Source of the DNA: Scyliorhinus canicula
Lineage: Eukaryota
Assembly: GCF_902713615.1 (NCBI RefSeq)
Contig: NC_052158.1
Coordinates: 42,743,159-42,807,158, forward strand
Direction: 5' to 3'
DNA length: 64,000 nt
The first letter of the stretch is position 1; the number at the start of each line of letters is the position of its first letter. The notes below the pieces were generated by a model. It was not told the origin of the DNA, ran no database searches, and saw only the letters and a list, made by a program, of their open reading frames with translations. Of this stretch, positions 37,139-50,111 are shown one piece after another. A program made the translations under genes and the position numbers.

Positions 37139-37286
37139 CCTCTCAACTCTGCACTGTGACCTCTCAACTCTGCACTGTGACCTCTCAACTCTGCACTGTG
37201 ACCTCTCAACTCTGCACAGTGTCCTCTCAACTCTGCACAGTGTCCTCTCTACTCTGCACTGTGAACCTCTCAACTCTGCGCTGTGT
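37139..37286. repeat. 21-bp tandem repeat x7 (CCTCTCAACTCTGCAC[T/A]GTG[A/T])
   Basis: Directly visible. Confidence 0.95.
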
Positions 37287-38216
37287 CCTCTTGTCACTTC
37301 TTGTGAAGCTGCCGCAAACTGAAACTAATTTCTGAGCTCATGGAGCATTGATTTATTCTTGATACAATTATGTCTTGGAATTCATGATAATTATTAAAGT
37401 TGAAGTTATTTGTTGGAAATATTCTATGTCTATGTCTATGTCTATATCTCCTGTTCTTGTGCCATATTAAGATGTTTCTAGTGTCACAGATTTAATTAAA
37501 ACCTGTACAGCGTCATAAAAAACTTGTTTTTTTGTTGGAGTTGTACTTCCACCATTTCATCTCAATGATCACTTCACTGCATTCTGCTTAATGGGCTCTG
37601 AAGGATAACAAAGCCCTGCTGGATAATGGAGTTTCCTCTCCCTCAAGGCCAATGTTAACTCAGAGTGGCAATCCAGGCTGGTGATGAGATGAACACAAAC
37701 CCACCCCTGCCCCACTCCTGCCTGAGAACCTCAGCAGCACGAAGCCCAAAACACATTGCCTGTTGTCCCAAAACTGTTGGGAAATGGAATGAAAGCCATC
37801 AACAGGCTATTGGCTGAGACAAAAGGTACCCACCCCTCAACTAAGTCACAGGGTGGGGGTTTAGGGAGGGGCTTTGTAGTAAAAGGGTCTGTCATATAAA
37901 GTACTAATGTGGGACTACACACAAAGTGATATGAGAGAAAACATGACACACACCTTAGACAGAGCTGTGTGTAGAAACAAGCCCGGAAAAATCACCTAGC
38001 TTTGCTCTTTCCTGTACCTTTGTACATAATTTCCAGTCGATAATAAATAATACTGCTAAATAACCCAAGACTAAAAATATTTATCACCTACCAAACTACA
38101 CGCAACACCTTACAACAGACGTTTGATCAGAAAGGATGGGGTGTATGACTGAGGAAATAGAGCAGTGGTTTAAAGGAAAAGTCACCAGAAAGTGGAGGCA
38201 CATTGCCGAAAGGAAT

Positions 38217-38771
38217 GGGCTGGATCTTCCGATACTGGGGCTGTGCCCCCAAGCCAATATGGGAACGTGTTTTAGACCAGGAAAAGTGGTGCAAAATGGC
38301 CACCGATTCCCTGTTTTGCTGGGGGCTAGCAGGGCAGTAGCGTAAAGCACCTGGCTCTAGCTGCCGATACGCCCTGGAGAATTTCCATGTCCGTGACCAC
38401 GCATGCACACGGCGGTGGCGTGCAGCAGCGGTGCCATGCTTCATGGCGAAGGCCTCTTGCGGACCGGCCCATGAAATAGCCGCCCCTTCATCCGGCTCGC
38501 GCGCCCAAACCAGCCCCCACAGTGCCCCCGGCCCCGAATAATGTCCATCGCTGCTCGGGGATTGGCCCTCCCCCAACTGTGGCGGTGCTGGACTGAGTCC
38601 GCAGCTGCCACGCCAAGTTCCCGATAGGTGAGACTGTGAGACCCATGGAGACTCCTCTTTGGAGGGGGCAGAGCATTGTAAAAGCAGCACTGCCCCAATT
38701 TTGTCGTAAATTTGCATTCTCCGGCCAGTCGCCAAATGAGATTTTGGCGTTGGCGACCGAGAATCAAGCCT
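38217..38771. mobile_element. GC-rich MITE (PIF/Harbinger-like)
   Basis: Imperfect TIRs GGGCTGGATCTTC / GAGAATCAAGCC. Same architecture as 60233-60849. Confidence 0.6.
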
Positions 38772-39644
38772 TTAGTGATGGTACAGAGGAGGCAAAGATA
38801 TAATAGAGACATTTGGAGGAGTTGAGACAACAATTCAAGAGGGCAGATAGCCACACATAGAAAGCTGGATGAGGCTGTGGAGTCATTGAAAATAAAGGCA
38901 CAGACCAGGAAACATAGAATTGCAAGAAGGATAAAAGACCAAGGAGCAGGATTTTCCGCTCTTTTCCATGGTGTGTGTCACAATGAGCAGGAGCAGAAAA
39001 TCTCATGAGATTTAAAAAATTGATTTTACATCTGCTTCAATGGCAGAGCATGTTCCCTGATTCACAAGGTTGTAAAGGTCATTTGAATACATTTAAATCT
39101 TATGAATACTCAGTTTCAAGCATGCGTTTCGGTATCATTCTCCCACAGTGGATTAAAGGGTATTGTCGACATTGAATTAGGATCAACGTGTCTCACAATG
39201 TTGCCTCAGCGACGTGCCCCTAGTGACCAGCACTTGTGACTTTGTTTCATCACGCTGCACTGTCAGCATCTTGACTGAGCGCCAGGTTCTCAGGCAGAAC
39301 CACATCCCTCTCAGGAGTATCACAGGTAAAGCTCTACCTACCAGCCGAGTGGTAAGGCAGGGGTGCTGTGGAAGGGGCTACAAGGCCAGGTCTTCACTGG
39401 GGAAGGGGAATAGTGGAAAGAGATTGTGGAAGGGACCAACGGACAAGGGTTATGGAGATAAGGTGAGAAAGTGGAGATGAGGATGATATCTGATCAGTCA
39501 TGATCTCATTGAATGGAGGAGTAGACTCAATCGGCGGAATGGCCTACTTCCGTTCCTACATCCTATTGTTTTATGGGGATGGATCATTAGTGGTCAGAAG
39601 TGCAACTCAGAAACGTGATGTGCGGGATTCAGGAAGGAGGCATC

Positions 39645-39825
39645 TGTTTTGTTACCTGTGTGGTAGGTAACATGTGCTACTAAATCCTTGGTTAGTGATG
39701 AGGTATTCTGAATCCTGATGAAGAAGATTCGAACTCTTCCAGTAGTAACAAAAGGTTTATTTAGTAATTACAACAATATTTACATGAGTTCTCTACTTTA
39801 ACATTGATACTAGTGATAAGGTTAA
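39645..39825 (-). mobile_element. U5 half of an LTR of the Gypsy E family
   Basis: Close reverse complement of ~54051-54231. Confidence 0.85.
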
Positions 39826-42800
39826 CGATGCACGATCAATTGCACAAAGACGAGAGTTGGATGCAATCGAGGCTTTATTACACGAAGATATGTGGCCTCC
39901 TACAGCAGCTGGCAAAATGGCTGCTGTACTGGGAGCACACATATTTATACTCTGCCTACTAGGTGGAGCCATCAGGCAGGGAACTACCCCCATACCTGTA
40001 GTACAGGGCCTTACAATAATGCACCTACACCGACATCCTCCATATACAATATATACATCAGTGGTGACTACCACATTCACTCGCTGTTAAAAATTGAGTC
40101 CGGTGGGGGTGGTGGAGAACTATATACAGAAAGATGTGTTTTAAAGTACAGAAAATATTACAAATTCAGGCGGTCCGGAGCCTTGATCTGCCATTGAGAG
40201 CACCGCAGTGCTGGCAGCAACTCCGGCATCGGTTTGGTCTTTGGTGACTCCGGGAGCGTGTCGAAATCCTCTTCATCCCCGGGGGTGCTCCGGGGGACGG
40301 CAGGGTGGCGTCGGGCCGGAGGGGTGTGTGTGTGTGTGTGGAACCAGCTGGTACCAGGTCCCTGATGGAGACTGTGTATTGGGGTACACTATGTAGGCGT
40401 ACTGCGGGTTGGCGTGAAGTAGCTGTATCCTCTCAACCAACGGGTCCACCTTGTGGAGTCAAACGTGTCTACGGAGGAGGACGGGTCCTGGAGCTGCTAG
40501 CCATGTCAGGAGCGAAACCCCAGAGGTGGACTTCCTAGGGAAGGCAAAGAGACGTTCATGGGGTGTGTCGGTAGTCGCAGTGCATAGGAGCGACCGAATG
40601 GAGTGCAGTGCATCAGGGAGGACCTCCTGTAGAGGGAGGCCGGGAGATTTCTAGACCGTAGGGTCAGCTGGATGGCCCTCCAGACTGTCCTTTTCTCCCT
40701 CTCCACCTGCACGTTTCCCCAGGGGTTACAGCTGGTCATCCTGCTCGAGGCGATACCCCTGTTGAGCAGGAACTGGCGCAGCTCATCGCTCATGTGGGGC
40801 AGCAGGGTAGCATGGTGGTTAGCATAAATGCTTCACAGCTCCAGGGTCCCAGGTTCGATTCCCGGCTGGGTCACTGTCTGTGTGGAGTCTGCACGTCCTC
40901 CCCCTGTGTGCGTGGGTTTCCTCCGGGTGCTCCGGTTTCCTCCCACAGTCCAAAGATGTGCGGGTTAGGTGGATTGGCCATGCTAAATTGCCCGTAGTGT
41001 CCTAATTAAAGTAAGGTTAAGAGGGGGTTGTTGGGTTACGGGTATAGGGTGGATACGTGGGTTTGAGTAGGGTGATCATGGCTCGGCACAACATTGAGGG
41101 CCGAAGGGCCTGTTCTGTGCTGTACTGTTCTATGTTCTATAAATGAGGATCCCCTGTCGCTGTGGACGTAGGCGGGGAAACCGAACAGAGCGAAGATGGT
41201 GTTGAGGGTTTTGATGACAGTGGCAGACGTCATATCAGGGCATGGGATGGCGAAGGGGAATCTGGAATATTCATCGACCACACTGAGGAAGTACGTGTTA
41301 TGGTCGGTGGAGGGGAGGGGCCTTTTGAAGTCCACTCTGAGGCATTCAAAGGGGCAGGAGGCCTTGACCAGGCGCACACAGTCTGGCCGGTAGAAGTGCG
41401 GCTTTCACTCCGCACAGACCTGGCAGTCTCTGGTGATTGCCCTGACTTCCTCGATGGAGTAGGGCAAGTTGCGGGCCTTGATGAAGTGGTAAAAATGTGT
41501 GACCCCCCGGGTGACAGAGGTTGTCGTGCAGAGTCCGGATTCGGTCCACTTGTGCGCTGGCACATGTACCTCGGGATAGGGCGTCAAGGGGCTCGTCGAG
41601 CTTACTGGGGCGATACAAAATCTCGTAGTTGTAGGTGGAGAGCTCGATCCTCCACCTCAAGATTTTATCGTTTTTGATCTTGTCCCACTGTGTGTTGTTA
41701 AACATGAAGGCTACCGACTGTTGGTCAGTGAGGAGAGTGAATCTCCTGTTGGCCAGGTAATGCCTCCAATGCCGCACAGCTTCAACGGTGGCTTGGGCCT
41801 CTTTTTTGACGGAGGAATGCCGAATTTCGGAGGCATATAGGGTGCGGGAAAAGAATGCTAGGGGCCTGCCTGCCTGGTTGAGGATGGCGGCCAGAGCAAC
41901 GTCTGATGCATCGCTCTCGACTTGGAATGGTAACGTCTCATCGACTGCGTGCATCGTGGCCTTGGCGATGTCGGCCTTGGCGAATACGGTTGAAGGCCTG
42001 GTGAGCCTCGGCCGTCAGGGGAAAAATAGTGGATTGAATGAGTTGGCGGGCCTTGTCCGCATAGTTTGGGACCCACTGGGCGTAATAAGAAAAGAACCCC
42101 AGGCAGCGCTTGAGGGCCTTGGGCAGTGGGGGAGGGGGAGTTCCATGAGGAGGCGCATGCGGTCGGGGTCAGGCCCCAGAACTCCGTTCTGGACCACATA
42201 GCCGAGGATGGCTAAACGATTCGTGCTGAACACGCACTTCTCCTTGTTATAGGTGAGGTTGAGGAGAGTGGCGATGTGGAGAAATTTGGCAAGGTTGGCA
42301 TCATGGTCTTGCTGATCGTGGCTGCAGATGGTGACATTGTCCAGGTATGGGAAAGTGGCCCACAGTCCGTACCGGTCAACCATTCTGTCCATCTCTCGTT
42401 GGAAGACCGAGACCCCATTGGTGACGCCAAAGGGGACGCTAAGAAAGTAGTAAAGACGGCCATCTGCCTCAAAGGCAGTGTATGGGTGGTCCACCTTACG
42501 GATGGGGAGCTGGTGGGAGGCGGATTTCAGGTCCACAGTTGAGAAGACCCAGTACTGTGCAATCTGATTGACCATATCAGACATGCGTGGGAGGGGGTAC
42601 ACGTTGAGCTGCGTGTACCGATTGATGGTCTGACTGTAGTCAACGACCATCCTGTGTTTCTCTTCAGTTTTCACAACTGCCACTTGGGCTCCCAGGGGCT
42701 GTTATTGGCTTCGATGATGCCTTCCCGAAGCAGCCGCTGGACCTCACACCTGATGAAGGCCCTGTCCTGGGCGCTGTACCGTTTGCTCCTGGTGGCGACG

Positions 42801-44090
42801 GGTTTCCAATCCGGGGTTAGGTTTGCAAATAGCGAAGTTGGGGCGACCTTTAGGGTCGCGAGGCCGCACACAGTAAGTGGTGGTAGGGGCCCACCGAATT
42901 TCAATGTTAGGCTCTGGAGGCTGCACTGGAAGTCCAGGCCGAGTAGGAGGGCAGCGCAGAGGTTGGGAAGGACGTAGAGGCGGAAGTTGCTGAACTCCAT
43001 GCCTTGGACAGTGAGAGTGGCGATGCAATGCACCCAAATCGCCACAAAGTGGGACTCGGAGGCCAGGTAGATTCTCTGATTGGCAGGGTGTACAGCGAGG
43101 GAGCAGCACCTTACCGTATCTGGATGAATGAAGCTCTCGGTGCTCCCGGAGTCCAGCAGGCAGGAGATCTCGTGCCCATCGACCTTCACTTTGGTTGAAG
43201 CAGTTGCAAGGTTGTGTGGGCGCGACTGGTCAATCGTGACCGAGGCGAGACGCAGCTGGTCATCGGCGTTTGCATGCGACAAGCAGCCAGATGAGGTGCC
43301 CGGGGGTATGGGTCCTGGCTCGGGTAAGATGGCGGCGCCCACGGGCCGAACGTGTTGTGGGGAAAACAAGATGGTGGTGCCCGTTGGTCCTGGGGGGAAT
43401 AAGTTGGTGGCGCCCACGGGCCGCATGTGGTCCGAGGAGGGGAAGATGACGGTGGCCACTGGCCGCACGTGGGGAATGCCGGAACAATAGCGGCAACAAA
43501 TAGCCGAGCAGCGCTGTCGGGGGTGTTTGGACTGCCCACAGAAGTAACATTTGGGTCCCCTGGGATTGGTTGGCTGCCGCACGGTGCAGGCGTGCTGGTT
43601 GGCTGAGGGCAGTCGCTGATGGGGTCCACAATTGGGCAGCTGTCTGCGAAGTCCACGATGCACAGGGGTGGGGGGGTGGGCCGCACGGTCAGGGTCATAG
43701 GCCTGAATGTTGTGTGAAGCGACCATAAGTGAGAGGGTTTCCGCGAGGTCGAGCGTGGCCCCTTCTAAGAGGCGCTGGCGGATGTAATCGCACCCTATGC
43801 CGTAACAAAAGCATCTCTCATGAGAAAATTTGAGTCTTCCGTGGCCGAAATGGCCTGACAGTCACAGTCTCTAACTTACATCCGCCAGCAATCTTCCACT
43901 GACTCACCAGGAAATCAGTGGAAGGAGAGGAGGTGCCTGGAGTAGAGTGTGTTAATCCACTGAGCGTAGTTTTCCTTCAGTAGCTCCATGGCTTCTGCGT
44001 AGGTCGGCGCGTCCTGGATAAGTGGAAAGACGTTGGAGCTCAGCCGCATGTAAAGGATCTGGATCTTCTGTGGTTCTGTGGTTGGGTGTG
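39826..44090 (-). mobile_element. Gypsy element D: 5'-truncated gag-pol with 3' LTR 39826-40075
   Basis: CCHC knuckle, LLDSGS protease, YLDN RT, ESDASD RNaseH, DFKRPLP integrase and a polypurine-like tract before the LTR. Confidence 0.9.
40796..41138 (+). mobile_element. HE1-like V-SINE inserted in Gypsy D integrase (HSDRGSSF|MSDEL)
   Basis: tRNA head, V-domain and (TTCTATG)n tail. Confidence 0.9.
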
Positions 44091-44968
44091 GCGCAGACCC
44101 ACCAGTGCTGCCCCTCCCCCTTGCGGGTTCACCGGGAAGATCTTGCTTTTGCTTATGTTGAGGTTGTAGCCCGAGAAGGCCACCAAACTCTTTCAGAGCG
44201 CGATGATGCCTCCCATGCTGCTTCACGGGTCCGAGATGTAGAGGAGCAGGTCATCCGCATGGAGCGAGACTTTGTGCTCTCTGTCTCCTCTCCAGATCCC
44301 CTTCCAATTTTCTGCCGCCTTAAATGTGATCGCTAATGGTTCGATTATTGGGGCGAACGGCAGTGGGAGTTATGGGCATCCCTGCCTTGTGCCCCTGAGC
44401 AGCTGGAAGAGGTTAGAGCTGGTGATGTTGTCCATACGCTCGCCGTGGGAGCGTTGTACGGGAATTTCGCTCAGACGATGAACCCTGTTACTAGCCCGAA
44501 CCGCTCCAGTACCTCTGTGACGTACTTGCATTTGACTCTGTTAAAGCCCTTTTCAGCGTCCAGAGAGACGATCGCCTCAGGTGTTATCTCCCCAGATGGG
44601 GTTATGATCATGTTCAGCAGGCACCTGATGTTCGATGTTAGCTGTCTACCCTTGATGTAGCACGTCCGGTCTTCTGCTACCACCTCTGGTACGCATTTTG
44701 GCTAGGATCTTGGCCAGTACTTTTGAATCTACATTTAGCACCGAGATAGGTCTGCAGGAACCGCATTCTTTTGGATCTTTGTCTTTTCTATGTATCAGCG
44801 AGATTGAGGCTTCGGCTAGAGTAAGGCAGCTGTGTGCCCCTCACCAGCGAATCTGTGAACATCTCCCGCAGATGCGGGGCCAGTGCTGTCGCAAATCTTT
44901 TTGTAGAAGTACGTCGGGAAACTGTCTGCTCCCGGCATCTTCCCTGCCTGCATGGAGCTAATGCTCTC

Positions 44969-45263
44969 TGATGGAACCATCAATTCACGAGACATGTGCT
45001 TTCAGATATGAACAGTGGTTTTAATCTACTTACTTCAGAGCCAGCCTGTTACCCGTTGAACTCACGATGAACTCAGGCTGGCTCTGGACACGGTTATTTA
45101 TACAGCAGTCTAAGGGGAGGAGTTGTGGGCGGAGCCAAGGGTGGAGCCCTATACAAACTCCTGAGCATTCCCAGAGCTAATTCCCCTAGTGGTCGGATAA
45201 CGCTACTGCGCTTACAATAGTATTGGTAAATACAGTGTGAATTACCAAGTTACATTCACCACA
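44969..45263 (-). mobile_element. Solo LTR related to the element A LTR
   Basis: TG...CA ends and TSD CTCTC (44964-44968, 45264-45268). Confidence 0.9.
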
Positions 45264-48200
45264 CTCTCCATGACTTCCCCCAGTTCTAGTGGTGCTTCCA
45301 GGCCCCGTTTCCTGTCTTCCCCCACAACTGGCATGTCCAGTCCATCTGCTTCATCCCCGAGTCCCCAGCTGGGGGCTCCGAGGTGTATAGCCCCTGGTAG
45401 AAGGCCTCAAATGCTTTTTTGACCGCTACTAATTTGCCTCTGCTATCGCTGATCTGTGCTATTTCCCTCGTGGCTGCCTGCTTTCTTAGCTGGTGAGCCA
45501 GCAGGCGATGGCCTTGTCTCTGTGCTCGTTCAGGATCCCCCGTGCCTGGCGGAGTTGGTGCACTGCTCTCCTCATGGAGAGCAGGTCAAAGTTAATCTGT
45601 AGCTTTTTTCTCTCAGTCAGGAGCTTTACGGTCGGGGCCTTGGTGGGAGTTACGCTGATCCACCTCAAGTATGGAGTTGAGTAGTTGTTGCCTGGCCATC
45701 CTCTTTTCCCTATCTCTTTGTGCTTTATAAGTGACAATTTCTCCCTGATCACAGCCCTCAGTGCCTTCCAGAACTTGAGACCTCCCCATTCTGGTTATTA
45801 GTAATATACTCATCAAGGCCTGTTCTACTTTCTCGCGAAAAGCCTCGTCAGCCAGGGGCTCCGCATCCAACCTCCATGAGGGGCGTTGGGCACGGCCCGT
45901 CACCAAACTCAATCCATGTAAAGAGGAGCGTGGGTGGAGATTACAATCGCGGAGTATTCCTCCCTTACTAGCCCTGGAAGCACCGATTCCTCCCTACAAA
46001 GAAGTCAATTTGCAAACAGAGGTTATGTAGTTGGGAGAAAGAGAACTCCTTCTCCCCTGGACGGATGAATCACCATGGGTCCACCGCTCCCATCTGCTCC
46101 ATAAATAGGCTGAGTTCTTTCACCGTATTGGAGGTCTTTCCCATTTTGGGGAATGGCCTGTCCATCCGTGCGTCCTGTAGACAGTTAAATTCCCCCATAA
46201 TCAGTCGGTGAGTATCTATGTTTGGGATTCCCGCCGTGGCCTTCTTTATAAACTCTGAGTCATCCCACTTTGGAGCCAACACATTCACCAGGACTGCCAG
46301 TGCCCCGTCCAGGGCCCCGCTGACCATGGCGTACCGCCTCCCCCTCGGCCCGTAACCATCTTTGTCGCCCTGAACATCGTCCTCTTATTTATCAGTATGG
46401 CTACCCCCTGGCTCTCGTCCCATAGCAGGAATAGTAGGTCTGGCCCACCCAGCCCTTCCTTACCCACAGTCGGTCCTTCTCCCTCAGCTGTGCCTCTTAA
46501 AGGAAGACTAGGCTGACTTTCATGATTTTCAGGTGGGCGAATACTCTGGATCTTTACACTGGGCCGTTAAGTCCCTGTCGTTCCAGGTGACTATCCTGGT
46601 TGGGGGCTTCTGTCCCCCCGTTCCTGTGGGATTAGCCATACTTACCTGGTGGATGCGCCCCTGCGCTCTGGGATTTCCCTTTGTTAGGGGGCTGTCCAAA
46701 ATGGCCGCTGTCACTGTTCTCTCCAAGCAGTCGGGCCCCTGCACTCCGGGGTTTCCCTTGTCCAGGGACCTTCCCAAGTGGTTGTTTGCAGTGCCATTTT
46801 GTTCTAAGTCACCACGTGTGGTCTGTTGAAGCCAGTCTAATGGCCTCCATCTTTCTTCACCTATTTCCCCCTTATGGTGTCTTCTCTCCCTCCCCCCTGT
46901 TTTCTTCCCCCCCCCCCCCCACCCATCCCATAGCTAAATTCCCCCTCTTCCCCATTCCAATACTTCTTCCCCTGATTAACCCTCTGTGTCTGTTATCTGC
47001 TTCCCCCCTGCCAGATGCCTTTCCCCTTGCGGGGGATGCGCTGCAGTCTCTCTCTCCTGCATAAATCCCGGTGCTAGCTACCTTGCTAATGTGGTGGCCC
47101 CGTCACTACCGAGGGTTGTTGCACTTTCTCCCATTGACCAATCTCTGGGCTCCATGTTTGCTTTCACCTCACCTTCCCCTGTGGTTAGTGGTTGTGATGA
47201 ATGATATCTGTATAACTGTACCTTACCTTTAATGCGATGGCCCCTTTAAGACCGGGCTTGGAACCCTGGGGGACTCCGCCGCTGGCTCCGCCCCCAGGAA
47301 ACAGTATATAAGGTGATGCTCACTGGGCAGCGTGCTGTGAGCACACTTCTCGGCAGCTGTCTGGTTCTCTGGTAATTAAAGCCTTTGAATTACCAATCTT
47401 CTGTCCTGAGGTGTAATTGAGGGTATCTCAAATAATTGCCAGACTACATCAAGATGGACAGCGCTTTAAAGCCGGAGAAGCTCAACCTAGACGCTCGGTC
47501 GCCTGAGGCCGCTGACATTTTAAAATACTGGCTCCGGTGTTTTGAGGCCTATCTGAATTCCTCAGAGACTGAAGTTGACGGCCCTCGCCAGCTGAGCTTA
47601 CTACATGCCCAGGTGGGCCACCGACTCTCCTCCGTGATCGAGAAAGCTACGACGTACGAAACTGCGGTCGAAATACTAAAGAAGCACTTCGTAAAGCCGA
47701 TAAACGATGTACACACCGGACATTTGCTCTCGACATGCCGCCAGCTCTTCGGGGAAACGCTAGACGAATACTTGGAGAGACTCACTGCGCTCGCTAGGAA
47801 CTGCAACCATAAAGAAGTGATGGCAGAAGTCCACATGAACTTACATATTCGTGATGCTTTCGTGTCCGGTATCCAATCCACATACATCTGGCAGCGGCTC
47901 CTAGAAGACGGAGCAAAGGATCTCCAAGGCACGGTAACGCTCGCCTCTTCTCTGGAAACGGCCCACCGCAACCTCCGTACATACTCCGCGGACCTTGCAA
48001 ACCGCTCTCGATCCCCTCCAGTCTCGGCCACGCTACAGTCCTGCACCGCGCGGCGACCCACTCACACCTGGGGCTCCCCATGCTATTTCTCTGGGCAAGG
48101 CCAGCACCCATGCCAGCGTTGCCGGCCCGCTCCGCTATCTGCAACGACTACGGGAAGAAGGGGAACTTCGCAAAGGTCTGCCTGGCTGAGCCCAAAGGCC

Positions 48201-48992
48201 ACAAACAAAAGTCTCATCGGGCCCAGAAATAGAACTCCCGGCCTCACAGGCCCCGCAACCCGGCCGTGCGGTGGCCGGACACGCCTACTTCTGACCCGTC
48301 ATCGGCCTCATGCGAGTTATGGGGCGGCCATCTTGGTGGTGGCCATCTTCAAATCCCGCCACGTGCGACCGATGGCGGTGGCCATTTTGTGACTCCCGGC
48401 AGCCATTTTGTGAGTCCGACTCAACCGAGTACTCTGACTACCCGCAACTGGGAGCGATCACGCTCGATCAATCTCGGCTGAAGCACCTGTGGAACTCAAT
48501 GATGCAGGTTCAAATCAACGGTCGCGACACCCTCTGCCTATTTGACTCCGGGAGCACAGAGAGCTTTATCCATCCGGATACGGTAAGACACTGCTCCCTG
48601 CACTCCCACCCCGCCTCCCAAACTATCACCCTCGCTTCGGGGTCCCACTCGGTACAAATCATGGGGTATTGTGTCGCGGACCTCGCTATTCAAGGTGCCG
48701 AATACACCCGTTTTAAACTTTACATCCTCCCTCACCCCTGCGCCCCCCCCGCTGCTCGGTCTGGACTTTCAGTGCAGCCACCGGAGCCTGACACTGAAGT
48801 TCGGCGGACCCCTGCCCCCACTCACGGTATGTAGCCTGGCACCACCCCCCCTCTTCGCGAACCTCACTCCCGACTGTAAGCCCGTCGCCACCATGAGTCG
48901 CCAGTACAGTGCCCAAGACTTGACTTTTATCAAGTCAGAGGTTCAGCGGCGACTGAAAGAGAGGGTCATGGCTAGCAACAGCCCTTGGAGGG

Positions 48993-49322
48993 TGTGGTGA
49001 ATGAGATTCACACGGCATTATAAGTTACCAATGTCACTCTGTTCCAAGTATATATATATGTATCAATATTGTAAGTGCAGTTGCACTACCTGACCACAAA
49101 GGGGAGTAGCTCTGGGAGTACTCGAGAGTTTGTACTGTGCACCCCCCTTGGCTCCGCCCAGAACTCCTCCCCCTGGAGCTGCTGTATAAAGATCAGTGCC
49201 ACAGGTTGAGCCAGTCAGTTCACCGAAAGTTCAATGGCTAACAGGCTGGGTCTGTTGTAAGTATATTAAAACCGCTATTCTAATCCTACAAGCACGTGTC
49301 CGTAGAATTGATGGTTCCATCA
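48993..49322 (+). mobile_element. Solo LTR inside Gypsy C pol
   Basis: TGTGGTGAAT...CCATCA with TSD GAGGG (48988-48992, 49323-49327). Removing it restores PWRAQVLVV. Confidence 0.92.
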
Positions 49323-49780
49323 GAGGGCACAAGTATTGGTAGTCCGCACTGGGGAAAAGCAACGAATAGTGGTGGCCTATAGTCAGACCATAAACCGGTT
49401 TGCGCAACTCGATGCGTATCCACTTCCCCGCTTAGCAGAAATGGTGAACCAAATCGCCCAGTATCGGGTATTCTCCACGGTCGATCTAAAATCTGCCTAT
49501 CATCAACTCCCTATCCGCCCAGAGGACCGCCCCTACATGGCCTTCGAAGCAGCCGGTCGGCTGTTTCACTTCCTCAGGGTCCCTTTTGGTGTCACAAACG
49601 GAGTCTCCGTTTGCCAAAGGGCGATGGATCAAATGGTGGACCAGTACGGCTTACAGGCTACCTTCCTGTACTTGGACAACGTCACCATCTGAGGCCATGA
49701 CCAGCAGGACCACGACGCAAACCTGAGGAAGTTCCTCCAAACTGCCCGGGCCCTCAACCTCACATATAACAAAGAGAAAT

Positions 49781-50111
49781 TGGTGCCTCACGGTAGCATG
49801 GTGGTTAGCATCAATGCTTCACAGCTCCAGGGTCCCAGGTTCGATTCCCGGCTGGGTCACTGTCTGTGTGGAGTCTGTACGTCCTCCCCCTGTGTGCGTG
49901 GGTTTCCTCCGGGTGCTCCGGTTTCCTCCCACAGTCCAAAGATGTGCGGGTTAGGTGGATTGGCCATGCTAAATTGCCCATAGTGTAAGGTTAATGGGGG
50001 GATTGTTGGGTGACGGGTATACGGGTTACGTGGGTTTAAGTAGGGTGATCATTGTTCGGCACAACATCGAGGGCCGAAGGGCCTGTTCTGTGCTGTACTG
50101 TTCTATGTTCT
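49781..50111 (+). mobile_element. HE1-like V-SINE inside Gypsy C RT
   Basis: TSD AGAAAT (49775-49780, 50112-50117). Removing it restores NKEKCVF. Confidence 0.92.

Noticed and set aside
37139-37286. CRISPR-like array
   Set aside because: Head-to-tail repeats with no unique spacers, in eukaryotic context with no cas genes.
37560-39640. Class II beta or another host gene in the less repetitive stretch
   Set aside because: Splice-like sites (for example ~39149) lead to stops in all frames, and no recognisable protein motif appears on either strand.
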